From contig MU061544.1 in NCBI GenBank assembly GCA_013265495.1, positions 272,214-336,213 on the forward strand: a DNA stretch of 64,000 bases, written 5' to 3'. The position numbers and the translations under genes are program-made. Under the pieces are notes generated by a model. That model saw nothing but the letters and a program-made list of their open reading frames with translations. It was not told where the DNA came from and did not search any database. Shown here in pieces: positions 12,151 through 25,050 of this stretch. The first letter of the stretch is position 1. Each line of letters begins with the position of its first letter. Source of the DNA: Vicugna vicugna. Its lineage: Eukaryota.

Positions 12151-13761
12151 TACATAACCACTATTTTTATTACTGTAAATAACAAAACTATCTAGGAAAA
12201 TACATGTAATACACATGTATATATGATAGACTATATATGGTAGGAAATACATATTAAATTATTTTGGAACATTAGTAAAATTACAGATTCACGTCAAATT
12301 TCTTTCCACTATTTTTGACAGCCAACACTGACTCACTTATTTTTTGGAAGGACATTCACTGGTGCAACTTACAAAGTATTTTTTTGTTTCTCATTCCGGG
12401 CACGTGGGGAGTTTGTCTCTCCCCACTACTGAGTTTGTAACTGAATGTGTGAGTTGCTTTAGCTGAACAAGTATGAGTAGAATATGATGTGTCCTTTTCA
12501 GGATGAGTCACCATCCTCTCTCCGTCCCTGTACCATTGCCTCAGCCCAAGAATGAGGACAGCCTCTACTATCCCACGTAGAAGGAGCAAGAACTATATCT
12601 TGATGATGTAAGTCATTAATAATTTTTAACTGTAGTATAATCTGCATACTATCATCTGTCTTTATTACTACAGCACTGTGTGACCTAGAAATGTGGCACT
12701 GCCATAACAAAACCTTAAAGACTGGGAAGTGGATGGTGAGAAAATGGTGACCAGAGGCTGTAAGAATTATAGTTATATGGCATCTAACCATTTGATAAAA
12801 TTGTTGACAGAGATAATCTGGAAAACAAATCATATAACTTGTGAGTTTGTAAATCAAGAAATAAAGATCAAAGAAGAATGCAAGTGCGTGTTGGTTGGTT
12901 GTCACTACTTTTGATAAAGTACTACAACAAAGAGACTGGCTCTGAAAAGGACTGGCTAGTTTGCAAGCAGAAATGAAAGACTGAGAATCCAGAAAGTTGG
13001 GGACTTGTAGGATTAGAAAAGGCAACTGTTTTTTAACACTAATTGGTGAAATATACATCTGAGACGGGCTTTGAAAGACAAAGGCCAATTAAAACCAAGC
13101 CTTGTGACAGAAATCAAATAAGGGTCTTCCATCCATATACACTATTAAAATCTCTGAACAAATTAAGATCTTTCAGAGAGAAGCCCCAGTTAAGGTTTTG
13201 ACACCCAGTAAATCCATTCAGTTGGACAAAATGGCTCAAAAAAAAAAAAAGAGAGAAAAAAGTTATAGCTCACTTGCTGGAAGTTGATAAGCCCAAGAAA
13301 TAAGCAATTAAGTTCAAAGAGGAAGACATGGGCATGAGAAAGTCAAGAAATACAGCAAATCGAATACGCAAGTACAGAAACAGACTGTGTATATGGCTTT
13401 TAGAGCATGGAACTGACTAGAATTAGATACATGATAAGCCTACTGAGTTTCTTAACAGAACGTTGCTGTAAAAGAGAGAAAACTTCATGACTGTTTAAGA
13501 TTCAAAGTGATCCCTGGAGTCTCAACCTTTCCAGAGGCAGCAAACTGAGAAAACTGCCAAGACCCTCAAGGAGAGAGATTCTCTAATGCTTATTTCAAAT
13601 GTGTCCAAGGAGGATAACAGAAAAGGAAAGATCTTCAAAGTTTATTGCTAGAGACCATGGAAAGCAATGAACTGGACATACCTTCCCTGAAGCACAATCA
13701 GGGTCTAGTCAAAGAACAGGGTACCTATTTACATTCCCTGTAGCTTTCATCCTTATGTTGT

Positions 13762-13765
<4 letters not shown>

Positions 13766-13841
<76 letters not shown>
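13766..13841. repeat. Perfect (GT)38 microsatellite
   Basis: 76 bp uninterrupted GT. Confidence 0.97.
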
Positions 13842-13845
<4 letters not shown>

Positions 13846-13929
13846 GTGCTGAGTGACATATCATTCATTCACTTGTTTTATTAGTTCATAGGTCATAAGT
13901 GTCTGGATCAAGACTGACCATGTATAGAT

Positions 13930-14698
13930 TTTTCTGTAAACGTGTTTTTACTGAGTTATAGTCATTTTACAATGTGTCAAATTCCAGCGTAGAACACAAT
14001 TTTTCAGTTATACATGAGCATACATATATTCATTGTCACATTTTTTTCCTCTGTGAGCTGCCATAAGATCTTCTGTATATTTCCCTGTGCTATACAGTAT
14101 AATCTTGTTTATCTATTCTACATTTTGAAATCCCAGTCTATCCCTTCCCACCCTCTGCCCCCTTGACAACCACAAGTTTGTATTCTATGTCTATGAGTCT
14201 CTTTCTGTTTTGTATTTATGGTTTGTTGTTTTTTTTTTAGATTCCACATATGAGCGATCTCACATGGTATTTTTCTTTCTCTTTCTGGCTTACTTCACTT
14301 AGAATGACATTCTCCAGGAGCATCCATGTTGCTGCAAATGGTGTTATGTTGTCAGTTTTTATGGCTGAATAGTATTCCATTGTATGAATATACCACATCA
14401 TCTTTATTCAGTCATCTGTTGATGGACATTTAGGCTGTTTTCATGTCTTGGCTATTGTAAATAGTGCTGCTATGAACATTGGGGTGCAGGTGTCATCCTG
14501 AAGTAGGGTTCCTTCTGGATATAAGCCCAGGAGCGGGATTCCTGGGTCATATTGTAAGTCTATTCCTAGTCATTTGAGGAATCTCCATACTGTTTTCCAC
14601 AGTGGCTGCACCAAACTGCATTCCTACCAGCAGTGAAGGAGGGTTCCCTTTTCTCCACAGCCTCTCCAGCATTTGTCATTTGTGGACTTTTGAATGAT
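13930..14698 (-). mobile_element. Young camelid-type L1, 5'-truncated (ORF2 end + 3' UTR)
   Basis: L1 antisense motifs (GGCTGAATAGTATTCCATTG; GCTGCTATGAACATTGGGGTGCA); 20-bp TSD AAGACTGACCATGTATAGAT / AAGATTGGCCATGTATAGAT (13910-13929 / 14699-14718). Confidence 0.92.
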
Positions 14699-14885
14699 AA
14701 GATTGGCCATGTATAGATCTGATGTAAAGATTCTCACACATTGCTCAGAAATTCTGAAATTTCCACCAAATATATAAGATGTGATTTTTAGACTTTATAT
14801 ACCTTGAAAAAGTGTCAGAGAGATGTGTGTATTTTTTATGCAAAAAGAATAATAAATCAAGTCTTTGATGACCATCAGGACAGAC

Positions 14886-15613
14886 TGTGATGGTCATTAA
14901 TGCTTTTCACTAATATTTCTTGTTCTCTCTCCAGATATTTGTCAAGATTGCATTTATCTGCCCCCTTGAAGGTGAAACCATGTGAATTGTTTAAGCTAAT
15001 AAAATGGGAGTGGAAATGATGTGTACCACTCTCAAGCAGATATTTTAGAAACTTTAAAAGGAGTAGGAGATGTTGGTCAAAAGGTACAACCTTCCAGTTA
15101 GAAGATGAATAAATTCTGGGACACTAATGCATAGAATTGTCATTATAGTTAACAGTAATGTATTATATACTTGAAAGTTATTAACAAAGTAAATTTTAAA
15201 TGTTCTCACCACAAAAAAGAAACTGTAATTATGTGACATCATGGATGTATTAGCTAAGGCTATGGTGGTAACCATTTTGCAATACATATATACATGTGTA
15301 TCAAATGAACACATTGTACATTTTAAACTTATACAATGGTATATGTCAATTATATCTTACTAAAGATAAAGCTGGAACTTTTTTTAAATATTAAAAATGT
15401 TTTTAAAGTAGGAGATTCACCTTTAACTTTGCCAAAGCAATCCTAATGTTTGAGATAATGGCTGTAGCATCAGAAATGATCCTGAGTTAACACTGTGTGG
15501 TGCAGAGTTCCCCACCAATCTACCAAGCACATGGTACATGAGTGAGAAATAAATTTTTGTTTTCCAAGTTGTCAAATTTTGGAGCTTGTTTTACTACAGA
15601 ATAGCCTAGACTA
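14886..15613 (+). mobile_element. MLT1 3' LTR (MLT1J-like) split by an L1MA insertion
   Basis: TGTGATGG start; CCCCCTTGAAG...CCATGTGA...GCTAATAAAATGGGAGTGGAAATGA; 3' part CATGAGTGAGAAATAAATTTTTG. Confidence 0.7.
15055..15375 (+). mobile_element. L1MA9/10-type 3' UTR
   Basis: GGAGATGTTGGTCAAAAGGTACAA...AGATGAATAAATTCTGGG...AAATGTTCTCACCAC. Confidence 0.85.
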
Positions 15614-16509
15614 ATTAATTAATTAGTTTCAAAGTACTAATTGATATTCTTTAACCTCCTTTAGAAATAATGGTGACTTATTCATAACACAGTATCAGAT
15701 AATTTAAAAACAGAAAAGTTATATTATATACACACATTAATTCAGAGTTATCTTCAAATGATGTTTGTATTTCTCCCTCTAGAAATTACTAAAATATTTT
15801 ATTTACAATATTTTCTTGAATTAAAATAATTTATTTCCCAGATTAAGGCTAACTAAAAAAAAAATTCTATTTCTAGTATAATAAAATTGCATGTATAGAA
15901 TTAGATGTTCCTTATACTCATGATAGAAATTATCTGAAAACCACGAAGAGTACAGTTTAAAAAAATTATTTTGTATGTTATTACGTATATAAGTAACAAA
16001 AAGATATCAAACTGACTGCTGACAGAAAACATTAATCAGAGAATGCTTAGGATGATGTTGAAAATAATGGTAAATTCTGATAGCAGTAGTTAAGATGAGT
16101 TTACTCGTTTCTAAAAAGAGAACATATATGAACATATATGTGCATGACCTGTGACCCAAATGGGCCAGTTAAAAGAAATACTTATTTATATGAAGAAAGG
16201 GGAGAATGACATAATGTAAGTCCAGAGGGCACAGGATTTATCCTAGGCAAATGCTATGTTTCACTACATCCCTGTCCATTACATCAGAAGGTAGGTTGTC
16301 AAACGATAAAGAAGCAGAATTGGTTAAAAAAAAAACAAAAATCTTGGGTCTGGGAGTTAGGCAATGAGTATACGTAGAATATAAAGAGTAAATATATTGT
16401 CTTTGCAACATTTTAACAATATTGTGAATAAATACTGATTTTATACTATTTAAGTATATTATTCTAGTTGATGGAATGTGGTAGGGTAGGGAGGCCTGGT
16501 ATGGACCAG

Positions 16510-16990
16510 TATGGAGCATGGTGGAGTAGAAAGAGCATAGGCTTTGGTTAAAAATCAGAATCTGAGGGAAAGATAAATTGGGATTTGTAGATACTAACCA
16601 TATATATAAAATAGAGTAAACAACAAGATCCTACTATACAGCACAGGGAACTATATTTAATACCTTGTAGTGACCTATAATGAAAAAGAATATATATTTA
16701 TATATATATAAACGAATCACTATGCTGTACACCAGATATTAACACAACATTGTAAATCAACTATACTTCAACAAAAAAGAAAAAAGAAAGAAAAAAGAAA
16801 AATCAGAATCTGATTTAAGTCCAATTCTGCTACAAACTGACCATAAATCCTCAGACAAGTTACTTACTTTCTTTTAACCTTGGTTTTTCATTTGTCAAAG
16901 AGAGATAGTGCTACTTACTTCAGTGTTAAGGTCAATTATATGAGATAGACTACATGAATAAGTAAATACCTAATAAATGTTAATTGCTTG
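16510..16990 (+). mobile_element. MIR split by an L1 3' fragment
   Basis: AGCATGGTGGAGTAGAAAGAGCATAGGCTTTGG ... CAAGTTACTTAC...TTTTCATTTGTCAAA. Confidence 0.7.
16566..16797 (+). mobile_element. Cetartiodactyl-type L1 3' end
   Basis: TACAGCACAGGGAACTATAT motif, A-rich tail, exact 16-bp TSD AAAAATCAGAATCTGA (16550-16565 / 16798-16813). Confidence 0.92.
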
Positions 16991-17027
16991 CCTTTTAACC
17001 AAATCTTTATCCCCTTGGTGGAGTTAC

Positions 17028-17183
17028 AGTTATACTGAATCGAACAGTGCCTCCTGCCCCAAGTTCATGTCCACCCAGAATCTCAGAATGTGACCTTCCT
17101 TATTTGGAAATACTGTCTTTGTGTGTGTGCGTGTGTGCATGTGTGTGCATGTGTGTGTATGTGTGTATGTATGTATGTATGTA

Positions 17184-17214
<31 letters not shown>

Positions 17215-17591
17215 ATAAATATATATATAAAATCAAGAGAAGATGAGATTATACTGGATTAGGGTGGATCCTTATCAAATGACTAGTGTCCTGGTATCCT
17301 TATAAGAAGAGAATTTGGACACACACAGAGGGAAGATGGCCATGTGAAGATGGAGACAGAGATTGGAAGTTACGCTGTCATAAACCAAGGAATGCCAAGA
17401 ACAGCCAGCAAGCACCTGAAGTGATGAGAGATACAGAACAAATTCTTCCTCAGAACCTCCAAGAAGCAACCAAGCCTGCCCACACCCTCATTTCAAATTT
17501 CAGGAGTCCAGAACAACGAGAAAATACATTTCTGTTGTTCTAAGCCACCAAGTTTGTGATAATTTGTTAGAGCAGTCCTGGGAAGGTAACA
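17028..17591 (+). mobile_element. MLT1C-like MaLR solo LTR containing a compound microsatellite
   Basis: TTCATGTCCACCCAGAATCTCAGAATGTGACCTT...GGAATGCCAAG...TTCTGTTGTTCTAAGCCACCAAGTTTGTG. Confidence 0.88.
17120..17230. repeat. Compound (TG)n/(TATG)n/(TA)n microsatellite
   Basis: Read directly from the sequence. Confidence 0.95.
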
Positions 17592-17984
17592 TTGAGGGAG
17601 TAAAAATACGGGGAAAAAAACACATTAACTTAAATTCTTATTGATCTACTAAAAGGCTGGTACAAGCAGTAAATTAGTTATAATATATCTATCTGCTTTG
17701 GAAAAAATAAAAATCTGGAAAAATCTAAAAATTAACTTTAAAAGATACCAAAGAAAATAGTTCCAATAGGACTATGGTCTCTCTTTTGGAAAATTATGGG
17801 TCAGGAGTTTCTAATTTATATAAAGAAAATATATTAGGTGAACTCTGAGTATTCCTAGCTGAATATTTCTTGGTAAAGTTCAGTAATTCAATTGTCTAAT
17901 TTGTAACATGGGTGCAGATGGAGCACAATGGAGCAAAAAAAGATGAGACACTACAGTTGAAAGATCACTCCAATATGAATGAAT

Positions 17985-18535
17985 TACTTTATTCATTCAA
18001 CAAATACACAGTACAACTGGAGGAATAATTCATATCTCAACTCTGACTTTTAGAAAATTACAATATGGAATCAGAGATAGACTTTAAACAAACAAGTAAA
18101 TGGATACATCCTAATATGTATGAATTAAAGGAAAATACAAAGAGTTATAAGAAAATATGAGAGTTGGACTTCACTTATTCAGATGAGAATTCCCTTCAAA
18201 GGGATACGGGCCATGTTATCCAAAGGGTGAGAATAAATTAACTAGGTAATGGGGAAGATATGCAAAGAATAATCTCTTTAGGAAGAACACGTGCAAAGGT
18301 CCTGAGGTGGGAAGTTTTATGTTTCAAAGACCAAAGTGATGGAAGGCGAGAATAAGTGTATTATAAAGAGCTGCATGGTGGATGGGGGATTCTCAGAATG
18401 GTGACAGTGGACAGTGGCATAGGATGTGACCAGATCCTACAGATCAATAGGAGTTTTAGGTTCATCCTTACAGAAATGGTAAGGCATTAAAGGAAATAAA
18501 ATGACCATATTTGCATTTTAAAAGATCATCCTGGA
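17985..18535 (-). mobile_element. L2 3' fragment
   Basis: TTATTCATTCAACAAAT; GTGCAAAGGTCCTGAGGTGGGA; TTTGCATTTTAAAAGATCATCCTGG. Confidence 0.75.
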
Positions 18536-18782
18536 AGATTCTAAAAATTCTGTATGTTATGTACTGTATTCATAAATAACCATTCAACCATTTATTCAAC
18601 AAATATTAATTGAGCATCTATGCAAGAGTACTGTTCCTTGGGATACATGGTCCCTTCTTACATGATACACCATACTGTATGTATAAAGTACTGGATGGGT
18701 GTCTTGTCAACATTATAAGAACTATGCAAAAATATTAGTAAGGCTTATGTCTTCAGAATTCTGAACCCAACAAAAGTCAGAG

Positions 18783-19645
18783 CAGTATTTCTCAAAACTG
18801 AGCATGAGCTTCACCCAAAGGGTTCAATAAGACACAGACTGCTGGGCCCTATCCGCAGATAAGTTGCCAGTGATGCAGATGCTGCTGGACCTGGGATCAT
18901 ACTTTGACCTTGAATTCTAACCTGAAGAATTACCCCCAATACATTTCAAATTCAATATTAAGGAAAATGGATAAGGATTTTAGGATATTGCCCCTTAAAC
19001 TATAATGTGCATGCAAATTGCCTGTGAATGCTATTCAAAAACAGATCCTGATTCACCAATTCTAGGGCAGAGCCCAAGATTCTGCATTTCTAAAATGCTC
19101 CCAGGTAATGCTAATTATGCTGGTCCGTGACAAATCGAACAGCAATGTCTAGAGCAGACCAGAAACCTTAGCAGTGCCTGGAAGCTTACTAGAAATGTAA
19201 AAATTTCAGTCTCCACCCTGACTCAGAATCTGTATTTAAACAAGATCTCTAGGTGATTCCAGTGCACTTTTAAGTATAGTAAGTCCTGTTACAAAGCACT
19301 TGTTCTCAAACTTCGCCAGACAGTGGAACCACCTAGAGAGATTGAAAAGCAAATACCGATGCCTGTGTCTCACCAAGAGAATTCCTTATTTGTTTGGTAT
19401 TGCAATCAGCCTGGGCGAAGGGGCTTTTCATGCTCCCCAGGCTATTATTTAAAATGCATCAAAGTTCGAGAATTGTTCTTCTCAAGCCTTGCTACTGGAA
19501 GTGGGGCTGCGGAGAAGCAGCATCAGCATCACCCTGGAGTTTGCTAGAAATGCAGACTCTCAGGTCTCATCTCAGACATACTGCATCTGAATTTTCCTTT
19601 GGCCAAGATCGCCTTGTGCAGGGTAAAGCTGGAAAGAGCTGTTCT
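18783..19645. mobile_element. Cluster of about five MER5A/MER5B-type hAT-Charlie MITEs
   Basis: Repeated MER5 motifs: GATGCAGATGCTGCTGG; ATTCTGCATTTCTAAAATGCTCCCAGGTAATGCT; TCAGAATCTGTATTTAAACAAGATC; GTTCTCAAACTT; CAGCATCAGCATCACCCTGGAGTTTGCTAGAAATGCAGA. Confidence 0.8.
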
Positions 19646-19647
19646 AA

Positions 19648-19865
19648 GGCTGTGCTGCCCAGCTGCAGTAGGGGAGCTACTAGCCACACATGGCTATTTC
19701 AATTCAAGTTAATTACCATCTCAAAATTAAAAATTCAGTTCCTCGGTCTCACCAGCCACATTTCAAGGGCTCAATAGTCAAATGTGGCCAGAGGCTACCA
19801 TATTGGACAATGCAGACAAACAACATTTTCATCACAGCTCCAAGTACTACTTGAAAGAGCTGCTG
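19648..19865. mobile_element. MER3 (hAT-Charlie)
   Basis: CTAGCCACACATGGCTATTT...AAAATTCAGTTCCTCGGTCTCACCAGCCACATTTCAAG...GGCTACCATATTGGACA. Confidence 0.88.
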
Positions 19866-22210
19866 AGGGTACTGAAAGCTTGTATTTAAAGTCACTGAGC
19901 AAAGGCATGTTTAAAACAGATACAGAAAGCTGAAGATACATTGCAGTAGTATCTGAAATAGATGTCCATGGAAACAAAGATTCATGTACCTTTATAAAAA
20001 AAAAACATTGTAAGTGAATGAAATTATTTCTTAAAATTCTGACCTTGCTTAGAGATCACTATTAAAACGCCTACACATCAATCCTACAGAATAATTATTT
20101 TTTATAAAAGGATTACATATAGGTTTATGGAAAGAGAAAACTTTTCCTGCTTTATATTCTGAAAAGGCTATTTCTTTCCAGCCCCCATTCATGCTAAAGG
20201 CGTCTCTGAACGGAGCTCAGGCAGCTCTGCTCTTACAAGGAGCTTCAGGGAATAGGAATTTACTCCTACTTAAGTCAGGAGGATAACTAGGAAGCTTGCT
20301 GATTTAATTTTTGAGAAAGGTCTTGACGTTTTGTATCTATTTGCAAAAATGTCCTCGAGGGTTGAGTGACTCACCATGCCAGCCATCCTCACCATCCCAG
20401 GTATGCAACTGGGGGCGCACTTTGTTAACATGCAGCAACCTATCTCTGCCAGGGTTGCAACTCCAGACACACTCCTGTTACCAGAATGAAGGATGTTTGG
20501 AAGTCCTCCCTCCCTTTTAATTGTGAACTCCGAAATGGGGACAATTTGTTTTAAGATACCCTTAGGCATTCTTAATGTAGTATTATTTAGAGTTTGACAG
20601 TAAATGATCTGCTGCTTGAAAATTCCATTACCAGGAAGGCTTTCGTTCCTTCCTAATACTTTGGCTCCCAGTTTAGGAGTGAATCTCTTGTTTGCTTTGT
20701 GGTGAAGCACACTGCTACTAAGGAGCAAAATTAAGTAATGAAATATGTTAAGAAATTATAATTTAAACAATTTATAAAAAGTGAGTTTTTTTGTGGGTTT
20801 CACAGTAAAAGGATTGTTAAGTTCTGACATTAGAATGTAACTGAGAGAGGAAATTGAGAGAAGATACTTTTCTAACACAATTATCACTTGACATCCTTGT
20901 AATTTAAAATATTTAATAAACCCAAGTAGGTAAGAGAGATGATTTGCACTTATCAAGTGTGTCTTAAGTTATTTCTCCAAATTAGATAAATATATTAAAC
21001 ATTTATAGACCAAGCCTTAATGGAAATTTTTACATTTTAGATAAATTCTACAAAAGAATGCACAAAGACATAAAAATATTTACTCAAAGATAATATATGC
21101 ACATTCATTTTCAAAGGGTTTGCTTTGTCCTCTTAGGCGTGCAGAGAGACTGGGAATGAGTTCTATGTTTTATGCAATAATTGTAGAGTCTTATTATACC
21201 ATTTTGTAAATGTCCCCTACATTACGGTATATGTGTAATGTGTAATAATTACCTAATTTATGAAAATAAAAACAATGCAAATTGACATAAGAAGTAGAGA
21301 TCTTGCTGGATTATCCTTTTTTTCTATACCTAGAATGATGCTGATTTTCATCAGGCAGGAAATTGGGAATAATGAACGTTTCAAATCTGGAATGTAATTT
21401 TCCATATGAACTGACGCCTTACTGACACCCAATATTTTGTGACACTCAGCTGACTCAAACATCACTCACTACTCAATAATGTTTCCAACATATGGAGGAA
21501 GGATTTCATGGAAATTACCAGGTTGCTCAACTATTGTTTCCAAATAATAATATGCCAATCTGATTGTGGGCTGAAGCCAAAATCTGTGCTAAGCTTCTAA
21601 ATAGTGTTGCCTATGTTTCTAAAACTTAACCATTTCCTCTCTGGCTGAAGGAAATAGAAGACCTGTTGGGGTTTTTTTTGGGGGGGGGGACATTATTCTG
21701 AGTTTGAGATGGGAATTTGTTGCACACACCTCTAAAGTAGGTGAAGGCAAATTCTAAGCTTATCTGAAGAATAAAAAAGCTGAAAGTTGTCTTGTCCATA
21801 ATCCCTTGGTTCTAGCAATTTTTTTTATAGGGAAGTGGAGTAGAAGGGCACAGAGCCAGGTTCCTGGATCTCATCTCATAGTCATCGATGGAAGTTCATG
21901 AGCAATAAAGGTGAACCCCAAAGAGGAAGTCATTAAAAAGAGAGGTTACCAATAGAAGTATTTTGTGGAAAAGCAATAAGTGTAGGGAAAGGGAGTTGTA
22001 AAAAACTACAAAATGAAGAGAAGCTAGAAATTTAAGGCATTTAAACCATCATTACTAAAAATTGCCACAGGAAAAAAGATAGATTGCATAGTTACATAGT
22101 CAAATATGTATTGGCAATGCTCTATAAGGTATGTCACAAATTTCAACCATTTGTTTGCTATTTAGATGAATGTCTTGTGTCTTACAGAGGGTCAAAGCCT
22201 GGTCAGGTCA

Positions 22211-22777
22211 GTAAAGAGACACAAAATTTGCTACCCCAAATGCATCTCTAGCATGAGGATTATTTTAGGCTGATTATTTTTAAGAAACAGAAGACTCAGG
22301 AAGTTTTTCTTGTTACCTCCTCTTTAATTGCCTAAAAGAACTTAGATAAAGGCCCTGTTCCTGAAATAGAGCTATCATCAGAGATAGCTACAAGATTATG
22401 GGCTAAGTGTGGTGGGGGAAACTTGGCAAGGCCTAGAGATCACAGCCCACTCTGTGTCCCATTGTCTCTGTGTGACGCCCCTCCCCCAACTTTGTTTACC
22501 AAATATCTGCTTCTTCATCTCCATGTGAATTGTCTTCCTCCTCTTTGAAGTCCCAAATCACTGCCCCCAACATCCTCTTTGGTCTTTAGCTGAAAGTGGT
22601 ATTTAAGGTAAGGGTTTTGGCCATTTTGGTGAGTTACTAGTCCTCCTGGGTCTCTCCCATGTCTACATGTTATTAACCTTTGGTTTTATCCTATTAAATA
22701 TGTCTTGTGTCAATTAAATTCTTAGACCATCCAGAAGAATCTAGAGGATAGAGGAAAATTTCCCCCGCCCTGATACC
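22211..22777 (+). mobile_element. MER34-like ERV1 solo LTR
   Basis: GCTACCCCAAAT...GGATTATTTTAGGCTG...TTTGTTTACC...GAAGAATCTAGAGGATAGAGGAAAATTT; related to the LTR at 62174. Confidence 0.8.
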
Positions 22778-23569
22778 AGTAATATAAAAAAGTGAAATGA
22801 TAAGAACTGTGTTGATCTAGGGAATGTGGATAAAAATAGTGAAATCAGAAATCATGACATAAACACAGAACTGTAGGTAGTTTATCATGAATGGAGCACA
22901 GAGGTGTCAGAAATGCCACGACATAACTTAGGTCATAAGATCAGAGATAAGCAAAGACTAGGAATTTTAAGGAATGTAGATACCATGCTACGGATTTTGC
23001 ATTTTATCCTTAAAGGTATAAGGAAGAAATGATTATGGGATATATTTTAGAAAGGTCATGACAGTAGTAGCATATAGAATTCTTCGGTCTTCAGGAGACT
23101 GAGGTCTACAGAGATCGTATGTCCACAATAGGAATCTAGATAATATCAGAACTGGAATTCAAACTCATCAGACTCACTTCTGGTTCACTTTAGGATGCAG
23201 TTAGGATGTTGTGTGATATGATACGATTGTCTATTTGCATTGCAAATGCAACGTCAAGCCAATTTATGTGCAAAGGAACTATCTGCATTTGAAGATTTTC
23301 AGGACTTGGATTGTATATGTATAAATATGTTTAAAAAATAAATATCTAATTGGGTATTGTATATATTTATATACTTAATACATGAATATTGATGATGAAG
23401 ATATTGAGCATGTAAAATTGCTCAATTTCCCTCTGCACAAAATTATTTCAGAAGTTGACCTTCAGAATTCATTAGCATCATTACTAATTGACTCAAGTAT
23501 TGACTTTTGTGGCCTTTAGTATGAGCCTTAATTCAAATACTAAATCTAGCAGAAGCAGAACACTCTCTA

Positions 23570-24060
23570 AGGTAGTTTATTCTGTGTTGTTCAGCTTTGC
23601 TATGGAAATATTAAAAGTATACCAAAGTAGAGAGAAAAGTGTAACAAACCACCATGTGCCCATCTTTCAGCTCTAACAATTATTAACTAGAAGTAGATCT
23701 TATTTCACCTAAACTGGTCATCTTCAAAAATGGTCAATTTTGCCCCCAAGTGGACATTTGTCTATGTTTAGAGACATTTTTGGTTGTCACAACTGGTGGG
23801 AGGAGGTGCTACTGTTATCTAGTGGGTAGAGGCCAGAGATGCTGGTAAGTATTCTACAACGCACATCCCCTCTCACCCACCCCATCACCCCCAGCTTCCC
23901 ATGACAAAGAATTACCCAGTCCAAAACGTCTGTGTTGCTGCTATTGAAATTTCTTGCTCTAGATCTTAACTCACCCTGTCCCTTTTCTGTATTATTGTTA
24001 AGTGAACCCCAAACATCATATAACTTCATCCATAATTTGTTTTAGTGTAGATCTAAAAGA
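23570..24060 (-). mobile_element. L1ME/L1MC 3' UTR fragment split by MER20
   Basis: ATGGAAATATTAAAAGTATACCAAAGTAGAGAGAA...AACCACCATGTGCCCATC...CCCCAAACATCATATAACTTCATCC. Confidence 0.65.
23715..23958. mobile_element. MER20 (hAT-Charlie)
   Basis: ATTTTGCCCCCAAGTGGACATTTG...TTTTGGTTGTCACAACTGG...TCTAGTGGGTAGAGGCCAGAGATGCTG. Confidence 0.9.
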
Positions 24061-24119
24061 TTAGGAAGTGCTGAGGAATTTTAACAAAGAGTAGGTTGTT
24101 TTTCGTTTGTTTGCTTGCT

Positions 24120-25050
24120 TGTTTCTCAGACCTACACCTAGCCAGCCCCTGATTTCCTTCATGTTTCAAAGACATGGCCTCTGCAAACCACATTTCTCAG
24201 TCTCCATTGCCAGTTGGCTTCTTGTTAGGTTTAGCAAATGGAAGGCACTGGATGGAGAATGCTTTAGGTGGTATCTGCAACAATCTCCTGAGCAGACCCA
24301 CCTTTCACCTCTACTGAGTTGAACAGTGTCCCCACCCACTCCAATTCATGCCCACCTGGAACCTGGGAATGTAACCTTATCTGGATACAGGGTCTTTTCA
24401 GATGTAACTGATTTAAGATGAGGTTATACTAGATTAGGGTTGACCCTAAATCCAATGACTGGTGTCTTCATAAGAAGAAAGAAATTTGAACACAAAGACA
24501 CAGAGGAGCTAGACACACGGAGAGAAGACGGCAGTGTGAAAATGGAAGCAGAAATTGTCGTGATGTGGCAACAAGACAAAGAATGCCAAGGAATGCCAGC
24601 AACCACCAGAAGCTAGGGAGAGGCAAGGAGAATCCTTCCCTTGAGGCTTTGAAAGAGCATGGCCCTGCTCACACCTTGATTTTGGACTTCAGGGCCCCTG
24701 AACTATAATAGAATGAATTTCTGTTGTTTAAGCCACACAGTTTATAGTAAGTTGTTATGACAGCCCAAGGAAACTAGTCCACTACCCGCCATGGTCCTAA
24801 TTCCCAGTGGGTGACACCTGCTGTGATTCCAGCTTCTACTTGGAAACTCAAGCTCCTCACCACCGATGTCCACTGGTATCTTTTACTCTTTCAGCCTTAC
24901 AGATGGTAGTGGCCTCATACAGTTGGTAATCTGATTTGGCTCACCATCCTTAGTTTTAGTTCTTCTAAGGTCTTACAACTAGTTCCCTATATTAAATACC
25001 TGGTAATAAACTACTTAGTCTGATTTCTGCTTTCATCACTGCATCCTTAT
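24120..25050 (+). mobile_element. LTR33-like ERVL LTR split by MLT1C
   Basis: CCATTGCCAGTTGGCTTCTTGTTAGGTTTAGCAAATGGAAGGCACTGG; 3' AGTTCCCTATATTAAAT. Confidence 0.6.
24309..24781 (+). mobile_element. MLT1C MaLR solo LTR
   Basis: GATTAGGGTTGACCCTAAATCCAATGACTGGTGTC...GGAATGCCAGCAACCACCAGAAGCTAGG...CAGCCCAAGGAAACTA. Confidence 0.9.

Larger units (their letters stand above)
12680..14880 (+). mobile_element. MLT1-int (MaLR internal sequence), interrupted by (GT)n and an L1
   Basis: Starts GACCTAGAAATGTGGCACTGCCATAACAAAACC like MLT1-int 5' ends; GGCTAGTTTGCAAGCAGAAATGAAAG; abuts an MLT1 LTR at 14886. Confidence 0.7.

Noticed and set aside
12498..13088. Longest ORF in the window (196 aa, minus strand)
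   Set aside because: Mostly antisense to MLT1-int, begins at a non-ATG codon, no recognisable domain
17030..17262. His/Thr- and Cys/Val-repeat ORFs
   Set aside because: Translations of a microsatellite
20403..20420. CTCF-like motif GCAACTGGGGGCGC
   Set aside because: Mismatches at key 5' core positions of CCACCAGGGGGCGC; too weak without ChIP data
20270..20728. 152-aa ORF as a single-exon CDS
   Set aside because: Non-ATG start and no recognisable homology; kept only as a candidate exon or regulatory block
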